A stretch of DNA of 64,000 bases from an uncultured Rickettsiales bacterium. Its GTDB lineage: Bacteria; Pseudomonadota; Alphaproteobacteria; Rs-D84. Below are positions 62,239 through 64,000 of this stretch, piece after piece (within the stretch, counting starts at the first letter, position 1; every line of letters begins with the position of its first letter). A program made the translations under genes and the position numbers. Below the pieces are notes generated by a model. That model made no database searches and was not told the DNA's origin. It saw only the letters and a list, made by a program, of their open reading frames with translations. The stretch covers positions 7,908-71,907 of the forward strand of contig URSJ01000004.1 of assembly GCA_900550495.1 (NCBI GenBank). Reading direction: 5' to 3'.

Positions 62239-64000
62239 CTATAAAATATGCCGTTTATTATTAGCGTCTGGTGGGCTGACGATGCCTTCTTGCTCCATCC
62301 GTTCCATAAATCCGGCGGCCTTGTTATATCCGATTTGCAATCTGCGCTGGATATATGAAATCGTCGGTTTTTTATCCCGCAGGACACATTCCTTGGCCTG
62401 GGTATACAGGTCAGAGTCCTTGTCCGCACGCGACGGGGCCGCCCCCGGAATTCCAGACATACCACTGTCATCTGTGGAATCTGTTATGCCCGCGACATAT
62501 TCTGGTGCGCCCTGACTGCGCAGGAAATCAGCCACGCGATTGATTTCGGTATTTTCAATAAATGCACCATGGATACGCACTGGGGGACGTCCAGCCTCGC
62601 TGAATAACATATCGCCACACGCCAACAGATTTTCTGCGCCCTTTTCACCCAATGTTGTCATAGAGTCAATGTTACTACGCGCCTGGAATGAAATACGCAT
62701 TGGGAAATTCGCCTTGATGACACCAGTGATTGTCGTTGCGTCTGGACGCTGGGTCGCCATAACCAGATGAATACCTGCCGCACGTGCCTTTTGTGCAATA
62801 CGTTGCAAACACAGTTCTACATCCTTGCGCGCAACCGTCATCAGGTCGGCCACCTCGTCCACGATGATAACCAGATACGGCATATCAGACAAATCCACTT
62901 CTTGTGTCTCAAACAACATTTCGCCTGTTTCTTCGTCAGTGCCAACAACAACCTGGCGCGTCAGTTTTTCGCCCGCCGCACGCTTTTTCGCAACCACATC
63001 GTTATAACCTTCTATATTCTGGACACCCAACATTTGCAAACGTTTATAACGTTCTTCCATTTCGCGCACCGACCATTTCAGACCATTTACAGCCTCGTTC
63101 GCGTCCTTCATCACAGGCGTGACCAAATGGGGAATATCATCCCACAGTGTAAAGTCAACACCCTTTGGATCAACTATCATCAATTTGCATTTATCTGGCG
63201 TATAACGGTATAAAATTGACATGATAATTGATTGCACAAACACAGATTTTCCAGACCCCGTGCGCCCAGCAATCAATACATGGGGCATTTTTGCCAAATC
63301 AAAATACATTGGGTTACCACCAATATCCACACCCAATGCCAGCGGTATTTTATACTTTGATGTCCGGAAAGTATCATTATCAATCAGCCCGCGGAAACGC
63401 ACCATCTGGCGTTTTAGATTCACCATCTCAACACCAATCAATTGGGTTCCCGGTATATGCGCAATACGGATATTTTCCGTTGCCATGGCACGTGTCATAT
63501 CCTTGACCGTCTTGCTGACATCAACCATACGCGTCCCACTGTCTGGCATAAATTCATACAGCGTAACAATCGGCCCTGGCCGAATACCAACCACCTTGCC
63601 GTGGACGCCATATTCAGCAAAGTGCACCTCCATCGCGGCGGCATTTCGTTTTAATTCAGGCGTCACAACATTTTTACCAAAATTTGATTTTTCTACGAAC
63701 GCCGGGTCTGGCAATTCGTATTGATGGGCAGCATCTATGTGCCCAGACGTATTACGACGCGACGGCTTTTTCGCCACGTTGCGATTGGTACGCGACGTAC
63801 GCACAGGTTTTTCATCTGGCTCGGCCTCTTCGTCCACGTATTCTTCTTCGTCAGTGTCCTCATCAGGGTCTGATTCATCATCTACATCTTCATCAGCCAC
63901 AGCTGGTCGCGCCAGATGGAACGCTGTCATAATCCAACCAACAACGCGACGCACCATACGCAACGTTGCACGCACGTGTGACCAACGAACATGTAAAATC
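62239..64000 (-). CDS. ftsK: DNA translocase FtsK; N-terminal membrane part lies outside the window
   Basis: Acidic linker, motor domain (GRTGSGKSV, IVDEVADL) and gamma/winged-helix domain (ISYIQRRLQIGYNKAAGFMERME). The frame remains open upstream of the tracked GTG at 63975 to the window edge. Confidence 0.92.
   Translation of the reverse strand, partial: ILHVRWSHVRATLRMVRRVVGWIMTAFHLARPAVADEDVDDESDPDEDTDEEEYVDEEAEPDEKPVRTSRTNRNVAKKPSRRNTSGHIDAAHQYELPDPAFVEKSNFGKNVVTPELKRNAAAMEVHFAEYGVHGKVVGIRPGPIVTLYEFMPDSGTRMVDVSKTVKDMTRAMATENIRIAHIPGTQLIGVEMVNLKRQMVRFRGLIDNDTFRTSKYKIPLALGVDIGGNPMYFDLAKMPHVLIAGRTGSGKSVFVQSIIMSILYRYTPDKCKLMIVDPKGVDFTLWDDIPHLVTPVMKDANEAVNGLKWSVREMEERYKRLQMLGVQNIEGYNDVVAKKRAAGEKLTRQVVVGTDEETGEMLFETQEVDLSDMPYLVIIVDEVADLMTVARKDVELCLQRIAQKARAAGIHLVMATQRPDATTITGVIKANFPMRISFQARSNIDSMTTLGEKGAENLLACGDMLFSEAGRPPVRIHGAFIENTEINRVADFLRSQGAPEYVAGITDSTDDSGMSGIPGAAPSRADKDSDLYTQAKECVLRDKKPTISYIQRRLQIGYNKAAGFMERMEQEGIVSPPDANNKRHIL

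Noticed and set aside
1-64000. CRISPR arrays, rRNA operons, IS elements and large tandem repeats.
   Set aside because: Scanning the intergenic regions showed no regularly spaced direct repeats, no rRNA-like sequence and no transposase-like ORFs. Only the short REP-like palindromes and the paralogous gene cassettes are repeated.

Overview
This is a gene-dense 64-kb chromosomal segment with about 67 protein genes and 2 tRNAs. I found no rRNA, CRISPR array, transposase or integrase. All homology calls were made by eye from remembered family motifs; no searches were run. The content fits a diderm alphaproteobacterium with a streamlined genome: a MucR/Ros regulator, an RHH_4-type protein, GatCAB, LolA, Lnt, Tat and several beta-barrel OMPs. 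Housekeeping genes recognised: uvrC, pgsA, dnaJ, parE, dnaA, dprA, plsY, rpsT, sufBC, ruvX, gatCAB, miaB, tatA/B/C, lolA, recJ, ftsL, ftsI, sufS/T/E, trxA, dksA, thrS, gltX, trmB, rarA, ftsK, tRNA-Phe(GAA) and tRNA-Lys(CUU). The strongest candidate for something new is a multigene family of signal-peptide, cysteine-rich proteins (6349-7548, 7860-8963, and a degraded copy at 14200-15709). Each copy has a conserved 5' cassette (promoter, leader, signal peptide), a hypervariable core and a conserved 3' cassette (C-terminal ~92 aa plus terminator). The family also shows a 71-nt perfectly identical tract, a G5/G6 tract in the promoter spacer, and an A8 tract that breaks the start of the third copy. 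This family flanks dnaA and lies directly downstream of an orphan type IVb-pilus-style lipoprotein secretin plus a TcpQ/PilL-like gene (15936-18517). A prepilin-like gene is cut by the left window edge. Other notable items are an in-frame YbeY-Lnt fusion ORF, a four-gene operon (TM protein, degenerate HNH-like, SUKH-like, RHH), and a membrane-anchored GH24-lysozyme/TPR protein. There is also an oleate hydratase within a surface-protein islet next to tRNA-Lys, an antisense tRNA-Phe splitting gatCAB, REP-like palindromic repeats, a candidate sRNA, and several promoters placed for leaderless translation.
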